A DNA stretch of 47,174 nt from Armatimonadia bacterium. Its GTDB lineage: Bacteria > Armatimonadota > Zipacnadia > Zipacnadales > UBA11051. The translations under genes and the position numbers were made by a program. The notes beneath the pieces were generated by a model. That model was not told the DNA's origin. It did not search any database and saw nothing but the letters and a program-made list of their open reading frames with translations. The first letter of the stretch is position 1, and each line of letters opens with the position of its first letter. The stretch covers positions 1 through 47,174 of the forward strand of contig JBDKRC010000180.1 of the NCBI GenBank assembly GCA_039683575.1. Reading direction: 5' to 3'. Positions 9,508-19,130 of the stretch are shown in pieces.

Positions 9508-12500
9508 GGTAGCGCCGCCCTGGCAGCAGGCGCGCCGCCGGCCTTCGCTTGCTCACCATCGCCTGATCGCTGGTGAAACTGTGCCGGGAAAGCCGTTTCA
9601 TCGAACTTGAAGCGGATTCGGAGGTAAGGCCCATCGGCCGTGTAGTTCTCGCCAACGAGATCATCATCGTGGAAGCCCGACCAGTTGTAGCCAGCCGCCA
9701 ACCACAGATTCCGCTTGAGCATGTACCCCAGCTCAGTGCCCACGGCCCAGAGTCTGCCGGAGGCGTCCGCAAAGTGGCTGCCGATCACTCCCAGATCAAA
9801 GCGCCGGCCCAGGTCCCTCGTGACCCGGCCTGACAGCAGGCTCGCAATGTGGGAGGTATTCAGGCCATCGGAGCGGTCATCCACCTGTTTCCAGGCGTAA
9901 TGCCCGGTCCAGATGGTTTGCCGATCTGACTGGTAGTTCAGGTCCATGGAGAGGATGTTGGTATGGCGACGAACCTGACAGTCAGGTACGCTGGTATCGT
10001 CGTCACGCAGCAATTCGTATCGCACCAGACCGTTCCAGCGGTCACGGTCGAGGTCGCGATAGGCGGCGCCAAGGCGAAGCCGATCCTGAGTATGCTCGCC
10101 CCCGCCGTCGTAGGAGGCGTTAGTGCGAACGTAGCGTCCGAGCAACGCCCAGTCTTCGTCCAGTTTGCGCGCCAGACCGAGCGTGAGCAGCGTCGAATCA
10201 CTGGTAGCGCCGTCGCGCCACTCGGCCCTCGCCGTTCCCACCCAGAGTGGATCGCGGGTGTATTCGACCGCCATCGTGATGGCCCGAGACCGGTTGTCGT
10301 CCTCCATACCCCTAAGGGGCGTGATACGCTCGAAGCTGGTGTCGACTGCCAGCCCTTCGCTCAGGTGCCACCGATTGCGCAGCCCGATCGCCGCTTCAGT
10401 GTCGCGACCGCTGAAGGCATCCCGGACCCGGTATTCACTGAACAGGTGCCCGTCGCGCATGTAGTCGCTTTCCAAGCCGAAGAGCGTCGTCTGCTGCCGG
10501 TGTGTGCTGTCCAGGGCATAGCGGCCATCTATGGAGGATATCAGCTCATGCCGGGCGTAAAGCCGGGTGCGGTTGGCTATCTGCTGTTCACCGCCCAGCG
10601 CCAGGACACGGCGGCTGGAGTCGTGAACATCCTGTTCATACTCGCCATAGAGGCTCGTTTGCCGCCGGGGTCCGAGTTGCGCGCTGAGACGGCCGCGGAC
10701 AGTGGTGAAGTCGATTTCTTCCTCATCCGACTGGCCCGGTACGGTAGCGGACAGTGATCCCTTCGCGTGGCGCATGCCCAGCTCCAGCAGCATGTTCGAC
10801 CGCAGGCGCTGCTCCAGCGACAACATGTAACCGTTGAGTTCTGTGTCGCTTGCCACGTCCTCAGTGCGGGTTATCTCCCCCAGCAGCCGGCGATCTGAGC
10901 CCAGCGTCTGGGTCGCCTTCACGCAGAACTCCTGTCTGCCGCGGCTGAGTGAGGCCGAGGGATTGTCAAAGGCCTCGTCTGTGCGGGCCGAATATAGCCG
11001 CAGGTTCAGGCGCGGCGAATTGTGCAGGTACTCCAGACGTCTGCCGTCCCCGCGACCGAGGCTGTCGCTGCGCGTCTGAGCCCATTCGGCTATCACCGTG
11101 TCGTACCGGCTTGGCCTGAAGGCCACGCTGGCGCTCCGCAAGTCAAAGGCATCGTCCGGGTTCTGATCATCCACCAGGGTACCCGACAACTCCACCCGGT
11201 CATTCAGCTTCACTCTGCCGGTAGCACCGAAGAGCCAGAACTTGGGGCCGTTGCCGTCCGCCTCATACGTGACGCGGAGGTAGACCGGGTTGAAGTTGCT
11301 GTCGACGCTCGGAACGGGTGTGCGGAGGATGATGCGCCCGGTAAGAGGGTCTATCTCATAGTCCGCAAACCGCAGCAGGGGATCCCTCTTCAAGATGACA
11401 GCCGGCTGCTGACGGTCGCGCGTGATGATCTCCACTTGCTCACTGTTCTCGACAAAGGGCAGCACAGTGAGCGTGAACGGGCCCGAAGTGCCAGAGGCGC
11501 GGAACTCGTCCACAACCTGTTCGGTGCTGTCACGGCTGGCGAACACGTCGAAGATCGAAGACTGATTCTCGATGTGGGAGGCCACGCCGGTCAGGCTGCG
11601 GTAGTAGGAGCCGAGTTCGGCGTATTCGCCGTCCAAACGGGTGCTGTAATCGCCATACATCAGATATGACGGCCCGTGGTCCATGCGCGCGTAAAGCCGG
11701 CTGGTGGACTGTGCGTCGAACCCGCGCAACGATGAGTCGCCATATACGGGGTAGAACTCGTCCGGCTGGATGTCGCGGAAGAGCCGCTGGTCTGCTTCCT
11801 GCTCGGAATCATACCCCATCGTAATCAGATAGTCCTCGCCTACGCGCCCCTTGAGAAACAGCGCTGCCCGCCCGGACAGGCGCCAGTCGCCGTCGCTACT
11901 GACGTGCGTGAGGCTGCGCAACTCGTTCTCAAAGGGATCGAAGGGCTGTACCAGGCCATCGCCCACCGCGCCGGAGCGGAAGTTGAGCTTGGCCTCCAGC
12001 ACGCCCAGGCCCAGCAGCGGGCGCAGGTCTGGCAGGAAACGAACCACGGATTCGCTCTTCAGCAGCCCACTGGACACTATCACTCTGGCGGCTCCCGGCT
12101 CTGCGGGAGCCAGCAGTGCCACCTCTCGGCTGCCGCCCTCGACGAACACTTGCACGCCCGGCTCGTTGGGGTCCAGATCGTCCACATCCCAGCGACCGAG
12201 GCTGGCTTCGAGGGTCACGGGAGTGCGGGCAGAGACCACTGTGCCCTGCTGGTCAGCGATGCTGATGCGGATCGGCACGGCGGTCTTACCATCAGCAGGC
12301 TGGCCCTGGGTTGGCATCTCGACGTTGAGCTTGCCCGGGCGGCCAGGCGCGATGATCGTGATCTCAGCCTTCCCCCTGGCATTGCCGAAGCTGTCGCTCT
12401 CCAGCAATTCGAGCTGGTTGGCGCCCGGCCGCAGCTCCAGACCGATGTACTGGACTACCTGCAGTTGCTTCTCCGGGACCGAGGCCCGCGACGCGACGCG

Positions 12501-15470
12501 GTGAGCTGGGACTTCAGCACCGTTGAGCTTGAGTGTGAGTGAAGACCCCATGCGGCCCTTCGCCTGCACGTTCACCTGCGCCATCGGCATCGTGTCCTGA
12601 TCCTTCAGACCCACGAAACCGAGCGTGTTGTCCAACGTAGGCAGGAGCGCTTCCAGGGGTGCTGTCGCTGCCGCTCGCACCGGCGGATCAGGCAGCGACG
12701 GGTCGGCGAGCTCAGACTCCGACGGCAGTGTTGACCTGTAGATGCGGTCGGATGAGCCCGCATCGGCGCCAATCATCCCGTTGGCCGGGCGTCCCCGGAC
12801 GTCAGACAACTCCGGCGGCAGGCCGTCGGGCGAGACCGTCTCCTGCACCGCCCGGTTCACCTCGGGGACCACGACCTCGCCCAGGCTGCGGCGGCGTTCG
12901 ACCTCGGCACTCAGTGCCGCGGTAGGCTTGACCAGGGCGAAGTTGATCTTCTGCAGTTGTCCGTTCTTGAGGTCTGCAAGGACGCTGCCCCCGTCATCGA
13001 GGTGGCGGCGCGTGATGGGACTGAGGTTCGCGCCTGGCGGCAGCGTGACCGGATCTACCTTCAGGACGCGGCTACCGGAACGCAGGCCATAGAGACTGTA
13101 TTTGCCCTCGCTGTCTGTGACCGCGTAGGTGCCATCTTCAAGATAGATCCTGACGCCGGGCACACCGGGCTCGCTGTGGTCGTGCAGGCCGTTCTCGTTG
13201 CCATCCACGAAGATCCTGCCCACGACCACGGAGCGGTCGGAGAAGACTCCGGCCTCAAGCCGTACTGTCGCCGAGGCGAAGTTCGAGAGCACCGGACCCC
13301 ATGCCGACTCCGCCTCTGCCCGCGCCCTATTGGTAGCATCGCCAAGCACGGCCCCGGGGCCGACGCGTACGCGGTACGTAAGGCGGACCTCGGTCTCCGG
13401 CTCCAGCTCTCCCAACTCGAAGGTCAGGGCGGGGCCTGCCCCGCCGGCGGGGTCCGCAATGGCCTGGCCATCAAGCCGGGCTGTGCCGGCGACATAGGAG
13501 AAGCCCGCTGGCAAGCGGTCGGACAGGCTCACCGCCTGCAGCAGCACGTTGCTCGCGTTGCGGACCTGCAGGCGATAGTCCACGAAGTCGCCGATGGTCA
13601 CGACAGAGCGGGAAGCCTGCTTCTGCACGAAGAGGCCCGTGGGCGGCGGCGCATCCAACGGAATATCAAAGCGGACAAATCCCACAGCATCAGTGATGGT
13701 GAAGCTCCTGCCGTAGGAGGCGTCGGCGCCGATCAGGCGGTCTGACGGTAGCTCAGTCGGTGCCAGGGCGGTCGGGAAATGATAGTTGCCAGGCGGCGCA
13801 ACCACAAACTGATAGGTACTCGCCTTCACCATGCAGAAGGCGAAGCAACCGTTGCTTGCGGTTTCGATGGCACAGGGGGCGGCGGTTACGCCGTCGGCCA
13901 GATACACCACGGCCGGTTCTCCGGGCTTGCCGCCGTTCCCCTCGCCCGTGACATCAATCAGCGTCACCCGGGCTCCGGTGATAGGCTGGTTGGTGTGGCT
14001 GTCGAAAACCACATTCGTCGGGTCCATCTGGAGGCAAGCCTGGGCGGTCTGACCGTCAGATCCCGTGGCTCGCGCCGTGATGGTGTCGTTGGTGATGCTG
14101 TCGATGACGCCATCACCGCTCGACCCCTGCTCGGCCCGCCGCGTCGGCACCGGTGGCACGATCCGGAAGATACCGGTATTGGGGCCAGTCTCCACGGCGG
14201 CAAACGTCTCCACGTCGCCGGTCAGGGCCGAGCTAAATGTGATCGTCACAGTCTCGACGACAGCCGGTTCCTTATTGTCGTAAGCGATAAGGGCCTGCAC
14301 ATATAGGGGGGTGCCTACAGCGCCAACGCAGGTGGTGCGCGCAAAGGTGCCATCGACGTAGAAGGCGACTTGCGGCGGCAGCGTCGCCAGGACCAGTTCC
14401 ACCCGGTTGGAGGGTGCCTCCCCGGGGCGGTCGGTCACCGGATCGGTGTACTGTACCCACGCGATATTGGGGATCGTCCCTGAGGCAATGTCGCTGATGC
14501 GCACGGCGAACCCAAAGCCAAAGCCGTTCCCGGGAACGGCGGATTCCACCCCATAGCCGACTGCATCAATACTACTCAGATCCGACGGGGCGGCGGAGAC
14601 GTAAGTGTCAGCCGGAGCGCCCGAAAGGTGATACAGAGGGACGCCGCTCCCGGGGTCCGAGAGACTCGCGAAGGTGGTGTTCACCGGGATGGCATCGCGA
14701 AAGCAGACCAGCGAGCGGGTCTGCCCGTCAACAGTAATGGAATGTGGACCTGGCTGAACCCGTCCCTCCAGGTCGGCCCTGAGAGTGAAGGTGACGAGCT
14801 GCCCCCTCTCCGGGCTCAGATCACTCGCGCTCTTAGTCACCTTCCACGTGACCGTACCGATGGCCCGGACACAATCGGTATTGGATACGGTCAGCCCCTG
14901 CAGCACGGTCTTGGCCGTGACCTTGACGCGCGCCTCGCAGCCCGCCCCGGCGGCTCCAAGCACCCGGCCCTCGACCACCAGGTCCAGGCAGGCCTCTGGT
15001 TCCAACTGTACCGGCGTCGTGGGCAGGATGGTGGGTTCGCCGGGATCCGCCACTCCGCTGCCATTGACGTCATGCACCAGTCGCAGACCACCGAGGTCGG
15101 AATCGTCGGCAGGCAGATTCTCCAGGCTCAGCAGGCACTCGCTGGTAACGTTGCCGGTGTTGGTCAGGCAGTGCGGCAGGCAGGCAATGGTGCCCACCGG
15201 GGCCTCGATGGAGTTGTCAGCGACGAGACTGAGAGCCTCCAGGGCTTGGATCTGGACAACGACGGTGTTGGAGCGCACATTCAACTGCACTCCGGTGACT
15301 GAATCAGTGTAGGTCAGGTCAGCGTAGTTGCGGATGGAGATGCCCGCCAGAGGCTGTGGGCCCTGTTTCTGTCCAGTCCACCCCAGTTGCCCCAGGCACA
15401 GGCACAGGACAACGGCCAGCCCGATAAGGGGCCTGGGAGAGGCTGCACCTGATGGATAGTGGCTAATCAT
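9504..15470 (-). CDS. Very large outer-membrane protein: N-terminal DUF11/SdrD-B/Ig-like domains plus C-terminal predicted beta-barrel
   Basis: 2015-aa ORF (longest start 15551, ATG 15470 preferred). Two complete DUF11 repeats, GRIFVDGNENG SdrD-B-like domain, PADGKTAV Ig-like domain, then several hundred residues of amphipathic strands ending in YLRIRFKFDE. Confidence 0.8.
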   Translation of the reverse strand: MISHYPSGAASPRPLIGLAVVLCLCLGQLGWTGQKQGPQPLAGISIRNYADLTYTDSVTGVQLNVRSNTVVVQIQALEALSLVADNSIEAPVGTIACLPHCLTNTGNVTSECLLSLENLPADDSDLGGLRLVHDVNGSGVADPGEPTILPTTPVQLEPEACLDLVVEGRVLGAAGAGCEARVKVTAKTVLQGLTVSNTDCVRAIGTVTWKVTKSASDLSPERGQLVTFTLRADLEGRVQPGPHSITVDGQTRSLVCFRDAIPVNTTFASLSDPGSGVPLYHLSGAPADTYVSAAPSDLSSIDAVGYGVESAVPGNGFGFGFAVRISDIASGTIPNIAWVQYTDPVTDRPGEAPSNRVELVLATLPPQVAFYVDGTFARTTCVGAVGTPLYVQALIAYDNKEPAVVETVTITFSSALTGDVETFAAVETGPNTGIFRIVPPVPTRRAEQGSSGDGVIDSITNDTITARATGSDGQTAQACLQMDPTNVVFDSHTNQPITGARVTLIDVTGEGNGGKPGEPAVVYLADGVTAAPCAIETASNGCFAFCMVKASTYQFVVAPPGNYHFPTALAPTELPSDRLIGADASYGRSFTITDAVGFVRFDIPLDAPPPTGLFVQKQASRSVVTIGDFVDYRLQVRNASNVLLQAVSLSDRLPAGFSYVAGTARLDGQAIADPAGGAGPALTFELGELEPETEVRLTYRVRVGPGAVLGDATNRARAEAESAWGPVLSNFASATVRLEAGVFSDRSVVVGRIFVDGNENGLHDHSEPGVPGVRIYLEDGTYAVTDSEGKYSLYGLRSGSRVLKVDPVTLPPGANLSPITRRHLDDGGSVLADLKNGQLQKINFALVKPTAALSAEVERRRSLGEVVVPEVNRAVQETVSPDGLPPELSDVRGRPANGMIGADAGSSDRIYRSTLPSESELADPSLPDPPVRAAATAPLEALLPTLDNTLGFVGLKDQDTMPMAQVNVQAKGRMGSSLTLKLNGAEVPAHRVASRASVPEKQLQVVQYIGLELRPGANQLELLESDSFGNARGKAEITIIAPGRPGKLNVEMPTQGQPADGKTAVPIRISIADQQGTVVSARTPVTLEASLGRWDVDDLDPNEPGVQVFVEGGSREVALLAPAEPGAARVIVSSGLLKSESVVRFLPDLRPLLGLGVLEAKLNFRSGAVGDGLVQPFDPFENELRSLTHVSSDGDWRLSGRAALFLKGRVGEDYLITMGYDSEQEADQRLFRDIQPDEFYPVYGDSSLRGFDAQSTSRLYARMDHGPSYLMYGDYSTRLDGEYAELGSYYRSLTGVASHIENQSSIFDVFASRDSTEQVVDEFRASGTSGPFTLTVLPFVENSEQVEIITRDRQQPAVILKRDPLLRFADYEIDPLTGRIILRTPVPSVDSNFNPVYLRVTYEADGNGPKFWLFGATGRVKLNDRVELSGTLVDDQNPDDAFDLRSASVAFRPSRYDTVIAEWAQTRSDSLGRGDGRRLEYLHNSPRLNLRLYSARTDEAFDNPSASLSRGRQEFCVKATQTLGSDRRLLGEITRTEDVASDTELNGYMLSLEQRLRSNMLLELGMRHAKGSLSATVPGQSDEEEIDFTTVRGRLSAQLGPRRQTSLYGEYEQDVHDSSRRVLALGGEQQIANRTRLYARHELISSIDGRYALDSTHRQQTTLFGLESDYMRDGHLFSEYRVRDAFSGRDTEAAIGLRNRWHLSEGLAVDTSFERITPLRGMEDDNRSRAITMAVEYTRDPLWVGTARAEWRDGATSDSTLLTLGLARKLDEDWALLGRYVRTNASYDGGGEHTQDRLRLGAAYRDLDRDRWNGLVRYELLRDDDTSVPDCQVRRHTNILSMDLNYQSDRQTIWTGHYAWKQVDDRSDGLNTSHIASLLSGRVTRDLGRRFDLGVIGSHFADASGRLWAVGTELGYMLKRNLWLAAGYNWSGFHDDDLVGENYTADGPYLRIRFKFDETAFPAQFHQRSGDGEQAKAGGAPAARAALP

Positions 15471-15581
15471 GGCGGACAGTCCCTCTGGGGTTCTCCGCCG
15501 GCTTCCACATGCTTGTGGCATATGGAAGCCGGCGGCTGACTGCATAGACAAGCGATCTCGCAGGCTCTTGCCTCTGAACTG

Positions 15582-18233
15582 CTACTGCGTGATCTTCACC
15601 CCAAAGTAGACCGTGGCGCTGTCACCCGCGCCCAGAGTTCCAATGTTGGCAACGATGCTGCCCGCCGCGCCATCAGCCGGGGCGACGGCCGCGTGCTGGG
15701 TAGCGTCGGCCAGCACGTACGTCGCCGCACCAGTCGGGGCAACCGTGCCGTCTCCGTTGTCATACAGCGTGAACGCCGGCGTAGCATCGGTCACTACGAC
15801 GTTCAGGGCGGTAGCGATGCCGGTGTTGGTGACGACCAGCTTGTAGCGCACGCACTGACCCGGCAGGCCGTCGATGTTGCTGGCGACATAGGCACCCTCG
15901 GGCGCTCCATCAGCGTTGGCATCGAGAGCCTGCAGCTTCTGCAGGGTAACGTCACCCGCGATGACGGTGGTATTGTTGGTGGCCTTCGCCGGCGCCGGAA
16001 CTGCGCCACTGTAGCCCGTGTTGCTGGTGGTGGCTGTGACGGTGGTTATGTTCTGACTGCCCATGGGCACACCAGGAGACGCGTATACCACTACGAATAG
16101 TGTGGCAGACTCTCCGAGATCCAGCCCCGCGGCAGTGCTGGCACCGTTCGTGCCGCCAGTCAGTACGCTCAGGTCCTGGATCATGATGTCCCCGGCGCCG
16201 AGCACACCGTCGTTGTCCTTGTCCCAATACAGGGCGGAGGTGAAGCCACTGGTGGAGTTCGCCAGCGACAGCGAGACGTCGCTGCCCACATGGTCGCCCT
16301 CGACCAGGTTGCTCTGGTTGGTGATGGTGTGCGAGTAGACCACCGAGCCGCCTGGATACAGCTGCCCGATGTTGTTCGGCGTGATCGTCAGGCCGCGCAC
16401 CGCGTTGACGGTCACGGCATCATGCTTCCAGTCGTAGGAGGCGGTGGTCGGCGAGATTGCCCGGAAGTACAGGTCGTAAGTCCCTGCCAGCATCCCTACC
16501 GGGAGGGTGACCTCCGCATTCACCTGCATGGCGGAGTTGGCGTTGACCATGCCGGTGTTGGAGATGACCGTGCCAGCGGTGTTCTTGAACAGCACGGATA
16601 CTCCCGCCGGCAGTGTGATGCTGCCCAGGGTGGCATCAGAAGTGACCTGCAGGTTGTAGGTATTAGCCACATCACTTGTATTGTTCACGAACAGGCTGAA
16701 GGTCTGCGTTGTACCGGGATTGCCGGCTATGGTGGTGACCGCAGTCACTTCAGGTCCTGCCCCTGCGCCGGTAGCAGCGGGGTCGCCCAGGGCGGCGCCA
16801 TTGGTGATGTCAACTGTGCTGCCCACGATCTCCCCGAGTGTGTCAGTCGCCACTGCGGACACCGTGGTATCATTCGCCGAGGTCGCGCGCTTCTGCACAA
16901 CGCAGTCGGCCGTGCCTGAGGCACTCGCCGGCAGGAACGCCTTGAGGATGACGCTGTACGCGGCCCCGGGGGCCAGAGGACCCGTGTCGGGGATGCCATT
17001 GCCGTTGGTGTCCAGCAACTGCGACACGCCGCCTGACTTGTACAGCACGAAGTTGGTCCCCGCCGGGAAGGTATTGCCCGGCTCGATGGTGATGTCGAAC
17101 GTGTCGGTGGCAGTGCCGGTATTGGTAATCACGTTCTCAAACGTGACCCATGAGCCCTGATTGGCACTCGCCTCCGTGTCGCCGGTCGCCGTCACACCGG
17201 CGGTCGCGGTGACAAGGAAGGTGACCACGTTGGTCTGGGTGCTGATGGTGTTGGCGGCACCGTCTTCATACGAAACGTTGGCGACGTTGTTGATGGGTCC
17301 CGGAGGCGCGCTGGCACTGACCATCACCTGGAACGTCAACGTTCCCGAATCGCCTGAGGGCATGCTGGCGATGGTAGCGGTGACACGCCCGGCCGTCGTG
17401 ATGTTGTAGTCGTAGACGATCCCGGCGGGATCCCCGAGGGCTGCGTCGGTCAGGGACGTGCCCGACTTGCTCCACAGCCCCGAGCCTGCGACGTAGGTCA
17501 TGTTCGCGGGGATGAGATCGGTAATCACCACGTTCTTGGCTTCGAGGTTGCCGGTATTGGTGTACTGGATGGTGTAGGTTCGAGGGCCGCTACCCGCGAG
17601 ACCGGAGGCCAGGTCAATCGACTTCAGCGCGGTGACGACCGCATTGCTGGTGACCTGCGCGGTGTCGGTGTTTGTCTGCGTGACGCTGGGTGTGAAAGCG
17701 CTGGCTCCCGTCAGCGTGATCTGCCCCGAATTCCCCGCAACCGCTGTCGCCGGCACAGTGGCCACGACCACCACCCGGAAGGTCGACCCGGCCGTCAGCG
17801 GAAGAGTCGCGGCGATCGGGGTCAGGTTGTCCGGCAGGCCGTCGCCGTTGGTGTCGGCGTAGATCCTGACGTTCTGCAGATCGAAGTTGTCGCCGGCAAG
17901 TTGGGCGAACGAGAGATTGAAGGTGTCTGAGCCATTCCCGGTATTGGCCAAGGTATGCGGGAAAGCAACCTGCCCTCCCGGCGTTACGTATTTCGTGTTG
18001 TCCTGCACCAGCGTAAAGGCCGCGACCTGTTGGACCTCCACGTAGATGATGTTGGAAGTCACTTCATGCTGGACGCCTGAGGCATCGGTATACGTGGCCG
18101 TTGCCTGGTTACCGATCATGGACCCGGCCGGGGGGAGTGCCGCCAGCCCCACCGTGGTCGCCATGACCACTGCCGCTAGTACCCCTGCGATCATCAAACC
18201 TACCCTCTTGGGCGGTACGGTCATCGGGTACAT
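15582..18233 (-). CDS. Secreted multi-DUF11/Ig-repeat protein, putative major fibre subunit
   Basis: Strong RBS GGAGGT and a signal peptide. Thr/Ala/Val-rich tandem Ig-like repeats (xNTGN..DTF), DxNxDG Ca-binding-like loops and DUF11 motifs. Confidence 0.88.
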   Translation of the reverse strand: MYPMTVPPKRVGLMIAGVLAAVVMATTVGLAALPPAGSMIGNQATATYTDASGVQHEVTSNIIYVEVQQVAAFTLVQDNTKYVTPGGQVAFPHTLANTGNGSDTFNLSFAQLAGDNFDLQNVRIYADTNGDGLPDNLTPIAATLPLTAGSTFRVVVVATVPATAVAGNSGQITLTGASAFTPSVTQTNTDTAQVTSNAVVTALKSIDLASGLAGSGPRTYTIQYTNTGNLEAKNVVITDLIPANMTYVAGSGLWSKSGTSLTDAALGDPAGIVYDYNITTAGRVTATIASMPSGDSGTLTFQVMVSASAPPGPINNVANVSYEDGAANTISTQTNVVTFLVTATAGVTATGDTEASANQGSWVTFENVITNTGTATDTFDITIEPGNTFPAGTNFVLYKSGGVSQLLDTNGNGIPDTGPLAPGAAYSVILKAFLPASASGTADCVVQKRATSANDTTVSAVATDTLGEIVGSTVDITNGAALGDPAATGAGAGPEVTAVTTIAGNPGTTQTFSLFVNNTSDVANTYNLQVTSDATLGSITLPAGVSVLFKNTAGTVISNTGMVNANSAMQVNAEVTLPVGMLAGTYDLYFRAISPTTASYDWKHDAVTVNAVRGLTITPNNIGQLYPGGSVVYSHTITNQSNLVEGDHVGSDVSLSLANSTSGFTSALYWDKDNDGVLGAGDIMIQDLSVLTGGTNGASTAAGLDLGESATLFVVVYASPGVPMGSQNITTVTATTSNTGYSGAVPAPAKATNNTTVIAGDVTLQKLQALDANADGAPEGAYVASNIDGLPGQCVRYKLVVTNTGIATALNVVVTDATPAFTLYDNGDGTVAPTGAATYVLADATQHAAVAPADGAAGSIVANIGTLGAGDSATVYFGVKITQ

Positions 18234-18332
18234 CTTCCTACCTCCTCGCCAGTTATGGTCTCGTCAAATCTCAGGATGTGGAACAATCAGTAAAGCACTT
18301 ACGGGACGAACTCCCCCTGCGGCGCCTCCAGC

Positions 18333-18836
18333 TTAGCCTCGGTTGGCCACCGTCACGCGAGCCAACAATTGGACCGGCTTGCCTGGCTTGAGACTGTCAA
18401 TGATCCAGCGCAGCGCGAGGTACTCAGAAGCCGGAACCTCAACTTCGCTGACTTGCCCGGAAGGCGAGGTCACCTTGCGCTTTAGCGGTATCAGGCTGAA
18501 CTTGACCGCATCCTGACTTGCCATTTGCGGCGCGGGGGTCGCACTGTTCTTGAGGTAACACGTGCCCTGCGGCAGCGGCAGCGTCGCTGCGACCCTGGTC
18601 ATTGCGTACGCTGCACGGTTCGTGTAGGAGAGCCGGTATTCGAGCACTTCACCCGGGTACACTTTCGTCGCCGGCGTGAACTGCTCCACCCCTTTGTTGT
18701 CCACCGTCACCTTCAAGACATCCAGCTGCACTCTCATCGGCGGGTCCGCTGCCCTCAGCACGCTGAACGAAGTCAGCACAACGACTGTTAGTGCTGCCAG
18801 ACCAACTGACAACCGGCGCATACGTGGGATCATCAT
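18333..18836 (-). CDS. Small secreted single DUF11-like domain protein
   Basis: ATG at 18836/18833 after AGGGAGG. Signal peptide, then PGEVLEYRLSYTN...LPQGTCY...LRWIIDSLKPG...ARVTV. Confidence 0.8.
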   Translation of the reverse strand: MMIPRMRRLSVGLAALTVVVLTSFSVLRAADPPMRVQLDVLKVTVDNKGVEQFTPATKVYPGEVLEYRLSYTNRAAYAMTRVAATLPLPQGTCYLKNSATPAPQMASQDAVKFSLIPLKRKVTSPSGQVSEVEVPASEYLALRWIIDSLKPGKPVQLLARVTVANRG

Positions 18837-18932
18837 CCGCCTCCCTCTCATATTTGATGCGTGACTCAACCGCGCATCACCCACTTCACGACGAGATGTC
18901 ATAGATGAAGTTCTAGAAGCGTGCGACAAATA

Positions 18933-19086
18933 AGTATCAACTCCATCGGCGGGGGAAATCCGCAGTGCGTGATACTCTTGCGCACAGGCCGGGGCCCCAC
19001 CCCTGCCTGAGGCCTCGCAAAGCCCTGAATCGCCATGGGTATGGACGCGTGATACTGTTGCTGCTACAATAATACTAATGTATCAC
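18933..19086. promoter_or_regulatory. Repeated GTGATAC motifs in the divergent promoter region (candidate operators)
   Basis: gcgtgatactcttgc (18967-18981) and gcgtgatactgttgc (19047-19061) are 14/15 identical. Reverse copies gtatcac (19080-19086) and agtatcaac (18933-18941). Confidence 0.45.
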
Positions 19087-19130
19087 TATGGTCTTGGCTC
19101 GTATGCGAACCGGTTGGGGAGGGGTGTGGT

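Noticed and set aside
18930-19130. c-di-GMP riboswitch upstream of the adhesin operon
   Set aside because: A gcaaagcc word is present, but on the wrong strand for the operon and without the GGCAAA/GAAA tetraloop architecture.
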